Shown here: piece after piece, positions 32,344 to 33,624 of the stretch | How positions within the stretch are numbered: position 1 is the first letter of the stretch | Layout of the letters: the number at the start of each line of letters is the position of its first letter | Translations under genes and position numbers: made by a program | Notes under the pieces: model-generated | Databases searched by the model: none | Seen by the model: only the letters and a program-made list of their open reading frames with translations | Told to the model about the DNA's origin: nothing | Source: Ministeria vibrans ATCC 50519 | Taxonomy: Eukaryota; Protista; Filasterea | Direction: 5' to 3' | NCBI GenBank assembly: GCA_943704425.1 | Contig: CALSCP010001339.1 | Coordinates: forward strand, 1-33,624 | Length of the DNA: 33,624 bases

Positions 32344-33624
32344 TTATACACTATTATACATTCCACATCCGTTCCTAAAGAAGAAGATGTCACCCTCGTT
32401 GGTCATGTCGTTGGTCCAATCATTCCAAATGCGCGCCACCAACATGGCTTGGAATGTGTTTTCCCTGTCCAGTTCCGTCAGACAACGCCGCAGCTGAACC
32501 GCCGTAATGCACTGCTGTCCGTCAGGAAACGCACGTAGTTCATCGGTACCCAGTGCGAGCAAAAGTAGCTTGGTCATGCGCGTCAGGCGGCAGTCAACCG
32601 TGACATAAGCGCTCGCGTCCCTGAGCGAGCTCGTCATAATCTGGCGCGCATAGAGACCCTCTCGTCGCTGGGGAACGGGCGCGCTCTGCTCGGGTTGCAA
32701 TTGTGTCAAATCTCTTCCCGCGTCAATCAATGCACCGCTGTTGCAGAAGTCGCTAAACACCATCACATTGCCACCCGGCCAGAACACGGTCTCACGCAGA
32801 ATTGTCGAGAGATCACCTAGGGTAAATCGCGTCAAGCGACCTTCAACCGCCGTCGTCTCTGCGTCACTGAGCAACAAACCGCCGAGACGGTCGCTCGCGC
32901 CGTGTCCAATTAAATGGACAATCAGCAGCGAGTCCTGTCCAATGGTTCGTCTCCGCGAGAGATCAAGCAGGCCCGAAACGATGTCCTTGCGCACCACTTG
33001 AGGTGTCTTCTTCGTTTCTGTCACAGACCTCACTTGACAGCCTCGCTCTCTCCACAACTGCCCGAGATGGTGCTCACTTTCTCTCACACCCGGCAGATCA
33101 TCGTAGGGTTTGAGGGCGGGGTTGTTAGTGGAGCGATAGTGACTCACACAAACAATCAGCACAGAGACGTTTGCGTAGACACCAGGGACGATTGGCTGTC
33201 CTGCAAAGGATAGAGGAGGGAAACAATGAGTATTTTGGGTAGAATTACGTACAAGAGAATGAATACCTTGTCGCACCCACCACCGCTCAAAATTAATGTT
33301 GCACTGGCGCGCCACGCCCTGTTGCACGCTAGCGAGCTCGGCCTTAACCACGTTTTCCTCTTGAAGTTGGCGAAGGTTTGAAGCGATGCGACTCGGAAAA
33401 AACAAGGGACGGGCTGCACTGCCTTCCGGCTGGTGCGGGTGAGCGGGCACCGCCACGAACTTGCCTCGCCAGCCCCATCGATGAGTTTCTGTTGACTCGC
33501 ACAATGTCTTCAGCCTGGCTAAAGTCATCTCACACTTGCGCGATTCGTCGCTCAGCAGCTCCACTCGAATGAACGACTCGCCATGTTTGAGTCGCAGTCG
33601 CATTGGCGCACAACCATTCATTGT
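32344..33624 (-). CDS. ROCO-caspase-like protein, copy 2 (3' part only: end of COR + caspase-like domain; 5' part beyond the window end)
   Basis: Close paralogue of 25268-26520. In-frame 66-nt intron 33266-33201 at the same position as in copy 1. His (32902-32904) and Cys (32743-32745) codons of the dyad are intact. Confidence 0.88.
   Translation of the reverse strand, partial: TMNGCAPMRLRLKHGESFIRVELLSDESRKCEMTLARLKTLCESTETHRWGWRGKFVAVPAHPHQPEGSAARPLFFPSRIASNLRQLQEENVVKAELASVQQGVARQCNINFERWWVRQGIHSLVRNSTQNTHCFPPLSFAGQPIVPGVYANVSVLIVCVSHYRSTNNPALKPYDDLPGVRESEHHLGQLWRERGCQVRSVTETKKTPQVVRKDIVSGLLDLSRRRTIGQDSLLIVHLIGHGASDRLGGLLLSDAETTAVEGRLTRFTLGDLSTILRETVFWPGGNVMVFSDFCNSGALIDAGRDLTQLQPEQSAPVPQRREGLYARQIMTSSLRDASAYVTVDCRLTRMTKLLLLALGTDELRAFPDGQQCITAVQLRRCLTELDRENTFQAMLVARIWNDWTNDMTNEGDIFFFRNGCGMYNSV

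Overview
Gene-dense, intron-rich eukaryotic DNA, most likely from a unicellular protist: GC-rich exons, short GT-AG introns filled with (GT)n/(AG)n/(AAT)n microsatellites, and three N-gaps. The lineage cannot be fixed from this window. Manual splicing gives five conserved housekeeping genes: TBCK (3' end runs off the window), an SLC49A4/DIRC2-like MFS transporter, GRP94/HSP90B1, NDUFA5 and NPRL3. It also gives several accessory genes: a SANT-like + 4xHMG-box protein resembling UBF, two near-identical copies of a triple-repeat zinc-finger gene (one frameshifted) plus a relic fragment, a secreted G1-glutamic-peptidase-like protein, and a secreted coiled-coil/TSP1/receptor-L-domain protein. The standout is a tandemly duplicated minus-strand gene that the ORF track shows only as fragments. 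It has 11 exons and encodes about 1,387 aa with the architecture WD40 propeller - ROC GTPase - COR - caspase/metacaspase-like protease with an intact His-Cys dyad. Its WD40 repeats are encoded one per symmetrical phase-2 exon (mostly exactly 126 nt), and the two paralogues differ mainly in the predicted substrate-binding loops of the protease. It looks like a candidate sensor-switch-protease (immune or cell-death) receptor family. All family assignments come from recognising motifs by eye; no searches were run.
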